Below, in pieces: positions 1 to 10,451 of a DNA stretch of 64,000 nucleotides (the first letter of the stretch is position 1; each line of letters opens with the position of its first letter). The stretch is from Podarcis filfolensis (Eukaryota): the NCBI GenBank assembly GCA_964270895.1, contig OZ185437.1, one strand, 5' to 3'. The position numbers and the translations under genes were made by a program. The notes under the pieces are model-generated. The model had not been told where the DNA came from. It saw only the letters and a list, made by a program, of their open reading frames with translations, and made no database searches.

Positions 1-1199
1 AAGACAGTCATGTAGCCAGGAAAGTGCCCAGGGACTAGAGACTGGAAACAATCAAAGTGGTAGTAGGCCAGAGATGGAAGCTGTCAAGCTGCAAAATACA
101 GACTTTCCTCAGCTTCTGGCAGAAAAAAGGACTTAATTCCTTAGGTACAGATGATGGATGACTGGGGAGACCAAGCAATTTTAAAGAAATAAGTGGGTAC
201 AGGACAAGCCCCTGTTACAGTTAGCATGACAGTTAGCATAACAACTGCATGAAAATTGTGATCCAAGAGCAGTATATTATAAAATACAGTGGCTAGGAGC
301 ATTGGTCACTCATATTAACATACTGCATGAATACTGCATTGATTCTGTTTTAGAATCCATTGTGTATCTTGATATTACAAACAAGCTTTCGAAATAGTAA
401 ATTGTGTGCATTTTATTACAAACTGTGTTGACTGACTCCTGACACATTACCCCCTCTTCACTTTACTAATAAATGGCCTGCATCCTTGGCCATCTCTTCC
501 AATGTAAATTCTCAAGTCAGGTTTGAGACCAAGATACCTAATCTACAAAGAAGTTCGTATCCAAAATTTGTACAGAGCTAGGAATCCTGGGGGCATTTTT
601 AATGGAGCTGCTTGCACCAAATCTGTCTGAAAAGCTTTATTACCATTTAAGTGGGCGCTGACCTACTTTGAAGGAAATAACTAGTCTAAGTATTGAATCC
701 TTATATTTTGTTTTCATGCTATGGATCTCACTGGGATCTTACTGGGGTTGCAGTGAACCAGGTTATGTCTGTGATGGCACCTCTGGAAATTGTTAAATTG
801 AGATACATTGGCCCATCTAGTCCAGCATCCTGTTCTCACAGTGGCTTACCAGAAGCCTGCAAGCTGGACAGAAGTGCAACAGCATTCTGCCCACCTCCGA
901 CTTCCAGAAACTGGTATTCAGATCAAGTCAAATACCTTTATTGGCATCACAATATAAAACATTTCAAGTCACTGGGATAATTAAAAGGACGAGGGTGAAG
1001 CTGTCAAGGGTAATAAGGTCACACTGTGATCGTGTGCACTTAGATATTCTGCTTCGCCCTGTCTGTTCCCCAAAAGGATAGTTCGTTGGGAACCCTTTAA
1101 GGTAAAATTGTGGCTAAAAAGGAAGATACTAAGGCAGTGATATCTTTGTCCCAATCTGCCAGGAGAAACCTCATTTGACTTCTCGGATTTGTAGGCGGA

Positions 1200-1450
1200 G
1201 GTCCAACTTTTGCTCAGCATCAGTAGGCGAGGTCTGCTGTGTAAAGAGCAATCTAAAGAATGTGGTCCATTGAATCAGGTACTCCTTGATTGCAGGCACA
1301 CAAATGGGCTTGATATGGAGTATGTGAGAATCTGCCTTTGGTCACTTCAGAAGGGAGAAACTGGTATTCAGAGGCACAACATTGCAGCTTTTCCACTGAC
1401 ATAGTGGTAGCATATTTGTGGTCTCGGTGTATAGTAGGCATAGGATTGAT
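1200..1450 (-). mobile_element. Decayed non-LTR retrotransposon ORF2 C-terminal fragment (approximate bounds)
   Basis: The minus-strand translation FLPSEVTKGRFSHTPYQAHLCACNQGVPDSMDHIL*DC resembles the C-x-C...H...C knuckle at LINE ORF2 ends. Confidence 0.5.
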
Positions 1451-1865
1451 CCAATAGCTTCTTAAAGCTCTCAGATTACTGTGTGAAAATACTGAAAGTG
1501 TTTTGTTTTAAATTTCTTGCAGCAAATGAAGAATGTGTGGATTTGGCTGTTTCTGTGCTTTAAAGTGTTCTGTTGTGCTTGGCTGTTTTCAAGCCTCAGA
1601 AATTTTATTTGCTTTTCATAAACCACTTGGGCTATGATCTTGTGGGGAAATGGTTTAAACATTTCATAATTAAACTGTTCATGTCATGATCCAAAGCTTC
1701 AAGGTACTTACTCTCATGGAGGTTTGTATGAAGAGTGCTTCCCTTATTCATGTCAAAACATTGGGCAGAATTCAGTCTGTGAAGTGTTGATTAAATGAAC
1801 GCAGCATTAAGCACATATTCATTTCCCCCCTGGTATTACTGGTCCACATAACTAGTGGCTATACC

Positions 1866-2011
1866 CAGTGCTTTTTTCCCTTAAAAAATGTTTAAGGGTA
1901 CTTTCATTTCCTACTCATATTGAAATACTGTCCCTCAATGAGGCCAAAGTTAGATTCACAAAATGTTTAGGGTTATGCGTACCCCTGTGTACCCCCAGAA
2001 AAAAAGCACTG
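1866..2011. mobile_element. hAT-type MITE
   Basis: TIRs cagtgctttttt / aaaaaagcactg with a perfect 8-bp TSD gctatacc (1858-1865, 2012-2019); an inverted sister copy lies at 40322-40466. Confidence 0.9.
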
Positions 2012-4409
2012 GCTATACCTATATTCTGTTTCACACATACTTAGAAATTAACTATCATCTTATATTACATGTGGTCAAATGCTGTAGCTTAAAAAAAGAA
2101 GAAGGTGGAAACCTTTTGAGAATCCTCATACAGGAGCTGCTTGGTTATATATAATTCTAGTTCCAGATTTGAAATGCTACACAGAGAGACTGCAATCCAG
2201 TTAGACTTATGCCCTGTAGGGCTAGCTCTGTGTGGTTTAATTAATTTTTGACCAGCATGTAAAACTGTAATTACTGAACCAGCAGTAATTGAAAGTGAGA
2301 GAAATATCATCTGCCTTTAAAAAAATTAAAAATTCAGCTAATAAACCAAATGGAAACAACAACTTTGTATACGTTTTGACAGTTGTTTTAACTTACATTG
2401 TGAGCTGGCTTGAACATCTGGAAAAAGCAAAGTATAAACTTAAATAGACGCCATCCAACTCTTCCTTCATTCTTCCAGTTTCCTCGCAAATATATGACCT
2501 ATGTGGAAGTCCTTTGACAGAAGTGTCCAATAAGTGTGCTAATCATGGGTAATGGCAAACTAAACAAGCGTGACCGCTTCAAAATGAGCCTGGAGGGCCC
2601 ATGCAACTGTTTAAAGTAGTGCAGTATTTTGGATTTTAAAAAAATCATTTTGATATAGCCATCTGTAGCTGTTTCCAAACAGAAACAGGTTTATTTGAAG
2701 GCAGCTGTTGGTGGGGGGTTGCTGCCAGTGGGGCAGTTCCAGTGGGGCAGCCCTGAAGGGGCAGAGACACCAAAGGCAACTATCCCTTTGGGTTTTTCCT
2801 TTGGGGTAGGACGAGTTCAGTACTGACGGGCAATTGATTGTGGATGGACTTGTGCACATGTGACAGTTAATCTGGCTTTCAGGGGAAAGATGGAATGTTG
2901 GGGAGAAGCATTTAGTGAAAGCAAGAATGCTGCTCATGGTTATGTATTCACTGTGTGTGTTGGTATTTCGTGATTTTATCATATTTTTTTGTATTAATAT
3001 GATAATCACTGCTTTTGGGACCTTTGGGACAAAAAGCAGTATATAGTTAATCAACAATATCATTGCAACGTGCATTAAGCAAAAGCAGAAAAAGTAAATT
3101 TATAGCCTCCATGAAGACAACTGAATCTGTTATTCTATGACTCTTGTTGCTGGTTCAGTAAGTTACTGACAGCTAGCTATGATAATAAAAAGGGCATATT
3201 AGTAGAACTTAACGTTAATCTTTACTTGTGGACTCACAAGTAGAGTTATTGCTTAAGAAAATTTATTTTTCAACCATAAGCCAGTTGGATGAAGCAGCTT
3301 ATATTAATGTACAATTTGCTTCATTACCTTAAATCTAGCTGATACACATACCAAGTAATATGTTGTAACAATGACAGTTTACTTTATTTCCTATAGTACT
3401 CTTTCCTGCTTCATGCTTTCCCAATTGTTCCTTTATATAACCTCATTCTCACCCTCCAGTTTGTATTATGCAGTGTCTAGTGACTGCCTTCAAAGCATGC
3501 TGTGAGTGTTTGGCATCTAAATGCCTTTGTGTCAAGAGGTTGCAGTGATAATGGCGTGTAGATGATGCAGCCTGAATTCTTGGGTCACATTCCAGAATGT
3601 TCTGCTCAGTTGGTGAGTGTAATTCAATTGCAGCAGTCCAAAGAAGAAATCATGCAGAAAAATGCATCTTTATGGGATCTTAGGACTTGTATATAATTTT
3701 TGATGCCATACTTGTGCTTACGTAATTCATATAAACTGTCTTGCTTATAATTTGATAATATGAAAGCTATAGTTTATATTAAGTTTTAATTATCTCAGTT
3801 TGGCTTTCCCCCCCTTTTTTGGTACTCAAGAGTTTTAAATTATTCTACAGCTGAAAACAAAAGCAAATGTCAGACTTTAAATGGTTTCCTTTTCTATACT
3901 CAACCACAGCTTCCACTTGTTTTTATAATGCCAAAATAGGATTTAGCATTATATCTGAACATATACTATATGTCCAATGCAGGTAAGATTAGAGGTGCAG
4001 TCGTGCATCAGATTGAAAACAAAAAACAAATCTCAAAATGATTTTGTGGATGATATCATAACAGAAAGAATGAGCTAGAGCTGTGGACCCCCCCCCCCGC
4101 TTTTCTAATCAAATAGCTACTAATTTATTTATTTCTCTGAAAAAATATACCATGTGACAATGATAAATAAAATGTTCTGTTGCAACATTACAGGAAGGTT
4201 TGTCTGAATAAAAAAAGAATTTTCATTGCTGCTATTTTGTTTTATACTACAGTACCAAATTTTCAGTAATTACATCCTAACCTTTTATTATTGTTATTGC
4301 TACTTTGGAAAAAAATACTTAATGCCAACAATTTGCAGGTTAATACTGTATGCATAAACAACATTGTCTCAGTTCAGAAGGCTTGCCATTGAAATAAAAC
4401 AACAGTATA

Positions 4410-4651
4410 CCGTGGTACCTCAGGTTACATACACTTCATCTTACATACACTTCAGGTTACAGACTCCGCTAACCCAGAAATAGTGCTTCAGGTTAAGAAC
4501 TTTGCTTCAGGATGAGAACAGAAATCATGCTCCGGCAGCGCGGCAGCAGCGGGAGGCCCCATTAGCTAAAGTGGTGCTTCAGGTTAAGAACAGCTTCAGG
4601 TTAAGAACGGACCTCCGGAACGAATTAAGAACTTAACTCGAGGTACCACTG
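4410..4651 (+). mobile_element. Tigger/pogo-like (Tc1-mariner) MITE
   Basis: TIRs c(c)gtggtacctc / gaggtaccactg with TA flanks; four full copies occur in the window. Confidence 0.9.
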
Positions 4652-5904
4652 TAGAAGTACAGATGTAATAACCTTCTATCTGAGCTGTTCTATGTAAATA
4701 CTACTGCTTCAATGACTACTAACATTAGCTGCAGTAGAACAAGTGAGGCAGTTGAGGAAAGTCTTTATAGAAAAAGTGGTTTTCAGGAAGAGACCTAAAA
4801 GTAGAGAGAATGCTTCCATCTCTACCACAGAGATCAGTATGGCAGACACATATAGGCAAGAACAGGAAAAAACATGTAAAGATGCTTAATTGTTAGTAAG
4901 GTGCCTCAAGGTTGGTTGGAGATGTGTAAACCTTAATTGATTGTTACGGTTTGCTCAGTTTTTACTAAGTTGTTTTAATAGCTTCAGATATCATTCACTC
5001 CAGATGTAGAGAAGCATAGAGGAGGGAGAACTGGTGAGAATTCTCTCTCCCCTTCCATTAGCAAGTTCCAGTGGTGTCTATGAGGCCATGAGTGGAATTC
5101 CAGTAATGGCATCTTGGAATCCAACCCATTATAAGCAGGGTTATCTATGTGCAGACCTAAAAACTTTGCCTAATTGATGTGAAGGACACTTCACGTTACA
5201 CATTCACTATAGTTTTTAACATGCCAAAGAAGAACTCTTTGTACCTTTTCAAGAAGAGAACACAGCTGCGATAGAGTATTTCTATTCTTGTTTGAAAATT
5301 GGTGCTTGGACTTGCCAAATTAATGAGCTGGAATGGGGAAAAAGAACAAAATTATGACCCTAGCGATAGATTTAAGACTGTTGCTTATAAACCCATCAGT
5401 TTTAGTTCATGACGTAAACTAGATTTTAGTATGACAGAGTATCATTTAAGTAAATTAGTAAACTCCATAGTGTTTGTTTGGATGTTTCCTGCTACCTAAT
5501 AGGGTTAACATTCCATTTAGAACTATTTAATGAAGAGAGATTATAGATCACAGAAATAAGGAATGCCACTGGTAACTGGAGAAACTGATAGCTTCTGAAC
5601 TCTTGGTATTATCACAAGTATTATCACAATGACTTCCTACACAGATTATTGTTGGACAAAATATCCATCACTGCAAAACGTTTTTGATATGGGGTTTAAG
5701 CCAAGAAGGTGCTGTTTGGTTTTTCAAACCAGACCACTTATAGCATTTTCTTTGCATAGCGGTTACACCCACAGCTGATTAACATGTAGTTTTGTATGCA
5801 AGCAGGAGTGGGGTGGGGATCTCTCATTTGGGAAGCAGAGGCACTCCCCAGCTGAGCTGCCCCGATCCAGCTCCTACTGCCCTGCAAGCAGGAGCAGGGG
5901 CACT

Positions 5905-6066
5905 CAAAACGGAAGTGTGGCACTGAAAAAGGAAGCGTAACACTAAAAACGGAATAGTTTGGATTCTGAAAAAAGTTCACAATCTGGGACACCTACTTCC
6001 GGGTTTGCGATGTTTGATTTCCAAGTTGTTCATGAACTAAGCTGTTCAAAAACCGAGGTACCACTG
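5905..6066. mobile_element. Partial related mariner-like MITE (one TIR only; left bound approximate)
   Basis: Ends in ccgaggtaccactg-TA, but the internal sequence differs from the main family. Confidence 0.6.
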
Positions 6067-6769
6067 TATAGTATGCGCAGCAAGATGTTGGGGGAGGAAT
6101 TGGTGCTGCATTGTTGTATAGAGAGTACAGGTGTAACCAGACCAGAGGAATCTAAGGTGGTTCATGGTTACTTTACCCCCCTGCTATCTGACCCTCCTTT
6201 TCAGACCCTATGTGATCTGAAGACCTTCAGTTGGGAAATTTCTGATAAGTGATGCTAGTTCTACTTGCACTGCCATTTGTAATTTGGATTGGGGGAGTCA
6301 TGATGAACTGATGAAATATCGTGCGGTGTGTGCGCGCGCTGTATTTGTTCCAGGGAAATGAACATAAGTGGTATACTACAGTAGAATAAGCACAGAGCTT
6401 CATGGAAATCTATGGAATTTTTGCCACTCGGCCTGCAGACAATCCATTCTTACCAGCTGCTTTGCTTCTGGCTGTACCTAATTTATAAATAAAACTGCAT
6501 GAGATAACAGTGAGTGTTCCTTTGAAGGCACATTTTTTCTTATTTAAATAAGATGTGTAACCAGCTCACATTGGGCTTGAATTTCTTTTGGTTGTACCCA
6601 GTACCTTGTGTGGACAGATCTTGTGAAGGTCCCACAAGATCTCGTGAGACCTTCCCAGAGCTCAGGAAACAAAATGCTCTTTCTGCACCAGGCTTTCCTG
6701 TTACAGAAATAATTTTAAAGTCCTCCACCTGCTTACTGAGCTCTGGGAAGATAAGGATAGGCCTTGCAT

Positions 6770-7790
6770 GACCTTCCCAGACACCAGTAAGATATGGGTA
6801 GTCAATTGTGCATTGTACATGGGGCTGCCACTGAAGATGGTTTGTAAACTTCTATTGGCTTGGGTGATCACTGGGGCAAGACGGTTAGAGCACATAACAC
6901 CAATCCTGGCCAATCAGTTTCCAGGTCCAATTCAAAGTGCTGTGTTGACTTTTAAAGCCTTAAACGGCTCAGGACCACAATATCTCAAGGACCACCTCTC
7001 CCCTTATGAACCTACAAGAACTCGGAGATCATCATCTGAGGCCCTCCATGAGAGGCCTGAGGGTGGCAGCATGAGAATGGGCCTGTAATGGCTTTAGGGG
7101 TTGCTTGTGCGTAAGTTGCCGCCGCTCTGGGCTAGGTTGGCTGGTTAAACCATTTCTCGCTGGACAGCCATCCACTCCGTGGCTGTTCAGTCGCTGGCAG
7201 AATCCGTCAGTGGGCGTTTCTTAAACCTTTTCCAACATAAAAGTTGTTTGACGCCCAGTCTCCTCCTACTCTCCCTGTGCGGAAGTCTTCTGCGCAGGGA
7301 GGGCGTGGGTAGCGGAGGACCTGTGCTCTCCCCGCTGGTGTCCAGTGAAGAGTCCCGGAGCCTGCTCTCTGCTTCCCCCATTGGCCCCCCCTCTATCCCT
7401 GGTGTTGCGCTGAATTTCTTCCCCAACCGGAGACCTGCCTCTCTCCCTGCTTGGCCCCTCTCCAGCAGGAGCCTCGCCTCCTCCTCTAGTTCCGATGGCA
7501 GTTCCCTGACAGGGCCTTTTCTGTAGTGGCTCTCCTTTTGTGGAAGGCTCTCCCCAGGGAGGCTCGCCTGGTGCCTTTGTTACATATCTTTAGGTGCTAG
7601 GCAAAATCATTCCTCTTCAACTGGGCCTTTGGCTAATTAAACAGACTAAATGTGACTGTTCCAGGCTGGGGAATGAAGTATTTTTTTTTTGTATTACTAT
7701 TATGCTATGTGTTTTGTGTTTTTATGTAGTTTATTGCCCTGTGATCTTTTGAAGAAGGGTGGTATATAAATTCAATAAGAATAATAATTT
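6770..7790 (+). mobile_element. L2-like LINE 3' fragment interrupted by a solo LTR (approximate bounds)
   Basis: Translation CALYMGLPLK...HITPIL...FKALNGSGPQYLKDHLSPYEPTR is typical of the L2 ORF2 C-terminus; the host sequence resumes after 7511. Confidence 0.75.
7084..7511 (-). mobile_element. Solo LTR, family A, copy 1 (428 bp; strand given is that of its ORF)
   Basis: TG...CA termini, perfect 5-bp TSD gggcc (7079-7083, 7512-7516), GC/CpG-rich, homologous to 50213-50647. Confidence 0.88.
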
Positions 7791-8131
7791 TGCCTACTGT
7801 ACTAAACACATAACTACAATGTTTCAAGTATATGGATATTGAAATATTTGTTTAAAAAACCCCAAACCAAAATATATCACAACTTTCATAAGTAAAATAC
7901 ACAGTCCCAAATGTAAGAACAGAGTTACAGCCCTTGCACACAGAGATAAAACAAGGGTTTCTCAGCATCTTATTTTCTGGAGAAAACTGAAATTTTAATT
8001 CGCCATGCTCTGATTCGTTTCTTGTCTGTGGTGGGGACATCATAAAATGCTGATTAGTTTCAGTTTCAATATGTCCAGGAAGTGTAACTGAACTTGGTGG
8101 TGTTTGAAGACACTTAGCAATATTTCTGGAA

Positions 8132-8317
8132 CAGTGGTTCCCAATTAGCTTAAGTACTGCAGACCCCCTGTTTTTTAAAAGTCAAGCTATTGACCCCTTA
8201 CTTTTGGAAATGTTGATATTTGTACAGTCATTTTTGTTACATGAATGGTGCCATGGATCTCCTGTGTGGGTTATGCAGACCTCCTGGGATCCATGGACCA
8301 TTAGTTGGAAACCACTG
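8132..8317. mobile_element. hAT-Charlie-like MITE
   Basis: TIRs cagtggttcccaa / ttggaaaccactg; degenerate TSD ttctggaa / ctctagaa (NTCTAGAN-like). Confidence 0.75.
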
Positions 8318-9191
8318 CTCTAGAAGATAACTTATGCATATCTATGAATATAATTAAAGCTTCCCAGATGCTGCCTACTAACCATATTCCTGAGTAAAAT
8401 AAAACACCTAGATGTGGCATTTCTAAGAGCAAATAAGTGGCTTCCTCAAGGTTCCTTAGTAGCAGTTAATTTTATGACTTTTGTTATTAATATAACCTGT
8501 TTGATGTTCCTGGAGTGTAACATTCTCATGATATATCTTAATGTAGCTGGAAATATCAACAATTCTGAAAGTATAGAAAATAAAATCCAGCTTTCATAAG
8601 TGTCCTTTATTCAGCTTGGATTTAGGTAATCAAACTTCTGTGTACAGTGCTGCACAGCTGATTTGACTGCATTGTTATATAACCCTTGTTTCATTATTTA
8701 TTTCTTTACATATATATTTGCTAAACCAATTATACGTTATTTATGGCTGCCTGTCAGTGGTCCTTGAATTCACAAAGAAAACGCATTGTAATTATTTTAG
8801 AAGCTGAAGTTTTATTATGCAAAAAATAATAATAAAAAAATATCGATGTATCATTTTGGTTAAGTCCCCTCACCCCCACACCTTGAATTATGTGTTCTAA
8901 ATTCAACATGTATCCAGTTACCAGACAATCTTGATTTTTAAGATTAATGGCTAACTGAAGCTGCGGATTAATTTCCTAAACTATAACATATGCTTAGATT
9001 AATGTTTTAAATACCTTTTGAAGTTTTAAGTTATGCTTAACAAATTATAGTCCAACATTATTATAGGGTACATTTTTAATTAGCTGTTCTGAGGTCCTTT
9101 ATTCTTAAAGTGAAAATTTTGCCGGTTTTACCCAAACAAATCCAGCTATACTATGATTTTTCCTTATTTGTTAGTAGTTCATGCCAATGAC

Positions 9192-9543
9192 CTTAGCAGC
9201 GAGTGGCGCTGTGGGTTAAACCACAGAGCCTAGGGCTTGCCACAGAGCCTAGGGCGGTTTGAATCCCTGTGACGGGGTGAGCTCACGTTGTTCGGTCCCT
9301 GCTCCCTCCAACCTAGCAGTTTGAAAGCACGTCAGAGTGCAAGTAGATAAATAGGTACCGCTCAGGCGGGAAGGTAAACGGCGTTTCATGTGCTGCTCTG
9401 GTTCGCCAGAAGTGGCTTAGTCATGCTGGCCACATGACCTGGAAGCTGTATGCCAGCTCCCTCAGCCAGTAAAACAAGATGAGTGCTGCAACCCCAGAGT
9501 TGTCCGCGACTGGACCTAATGGTCAAGGGTCCCTTTACCTTTA
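9192..9543 (+). mobile_element. Sauria SINE (Squam1), full length
   Basis: tRNA-like head tggcgctgtgggttaaacc...ggtttgaatcc, cctttaccttta tail, and a 12-bp TSD catgccaatgac (9180-9191, 9544-9555). Confidence 0.92.
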
Positions 9544-9891
9544 CATGCCAATGACAATCCATTGCTAGTATGGGAGGAGTGACAGTGCCTGCAGTGCTCT
9601 CTGCAATTAGAAGGGCACCTGTGGACCAACTCTACATCTGTGTACACCATTATTCAAAATCTATTGTGAATTAGAGAAGGTAGCAGAAAATACTAAATGA
9701 CATGTCTCTTTCAAAATTATTACAATATCCATGGGCCAAGATACAGTATGAGAGACTGCTGTGCTCATGAACAGGATTTTTAAGCTCCACATTAAAATGG
9801 TACTAGATTCAAGTAGGTCTGATGCAGTTGAAATAAATTAAAAAATTAAAAAATTGTCCAATAGCACCTTAGAGAACAACTATATAGTTCT

Positions 9892-9933
9892 GCGTATAAG
9901 CTTTCGTGTGCATGCACACTTCTTCAGATACAC
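9892..9933 (-). ncRNA. Minimal type I hammerhead ribozyme motif (intact core)
   Basis: The minus strand reads GUGUAU-CUGAAGA-A-GUGUGCAUGCACAC-GAAA-GCUU-AUACGC: stem I of 6 bp with one GU pair, palindromic stem II, and a palindromic AGCU stem III. Confidence 0.75.
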
Positions 9934-10046
9934 TGAAACAGAAGTCACATATATAGTTCTGATATATATACCCTTATATATATATTCTGAGAAATACCCC
10001 ACCCCACCCTCCCACTATATATAAGGGTCTGGTGACTTCTGTTTCA

Positions 10047-10088
10047 GTGCTTCTAAGGAAGTGTGCATGCACATGAAAGCGTATACCC
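10047..10088 (+). ncRNA. Degenerate hammerhead motif (core mutated, predicted inactive)
   Basis: GUGCUU-CUAAGGA-A-GUGUGCAUGCACAU-GAAA-GCGU-AUACCC: G5A, U16.1G and stem I mismatches. Confidence 0.65.
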
Positions 10089-10113
10089 AGAACTACTTAG
10101 CTGGTGTCTAAGG

Positions 10114-10451
10114 CACTGTGGGTTAAACCACAGAGCCTAGGACTTGCCAATCAGAAGGTCGGCGGTTCGAATCCCTGCGACGGGGTGAGCTCCCGTTGCT
10201 CGGTCCCAGCTCCTGCCAACCTAGCAGTTCGAAAGCACGTCAAAGTGCAAGTAGATAAATAGGTACCGCTCCAGCGGGAAGGTAAACGGCGTTTCCGTGT
10301 ACTGCTGTGGTTCACCAGAAGCGGCTTAGTCATGCTAGCCACATGACCCGGAAGCTGTATGCTGGCTCCCTCGGCCAATAAAGCGAGATGAGCGCCGCAA
10401 GCCCAGAGTCGGTGACGACTGGACCTAATGGTCAGGGGTCCCTTTACCTTT
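10114..10451 (+). mobile_element. Sauria SINE inserted into the PLE arm
   Basis: Near-consensus body with CpGs retained; taagg duplicated at 10109-10113 and 10452-10456. Confidence 0.92.

Noticed and set aside
6210-6250. CTGAAGA...GAAA as another hammerhead
   Set aside because: Stem II is only 2 bp and there is no stem I complementarity.
7179-7526. 115-aa ORF on the opposite strand of the family A LTR as the coding frame
   Set aside because: It shares wobble positions with the favoured frame, but has a stop in copy 2 (50318-50320) and less conservative replacements. It is disfavoured, not fully excluded.
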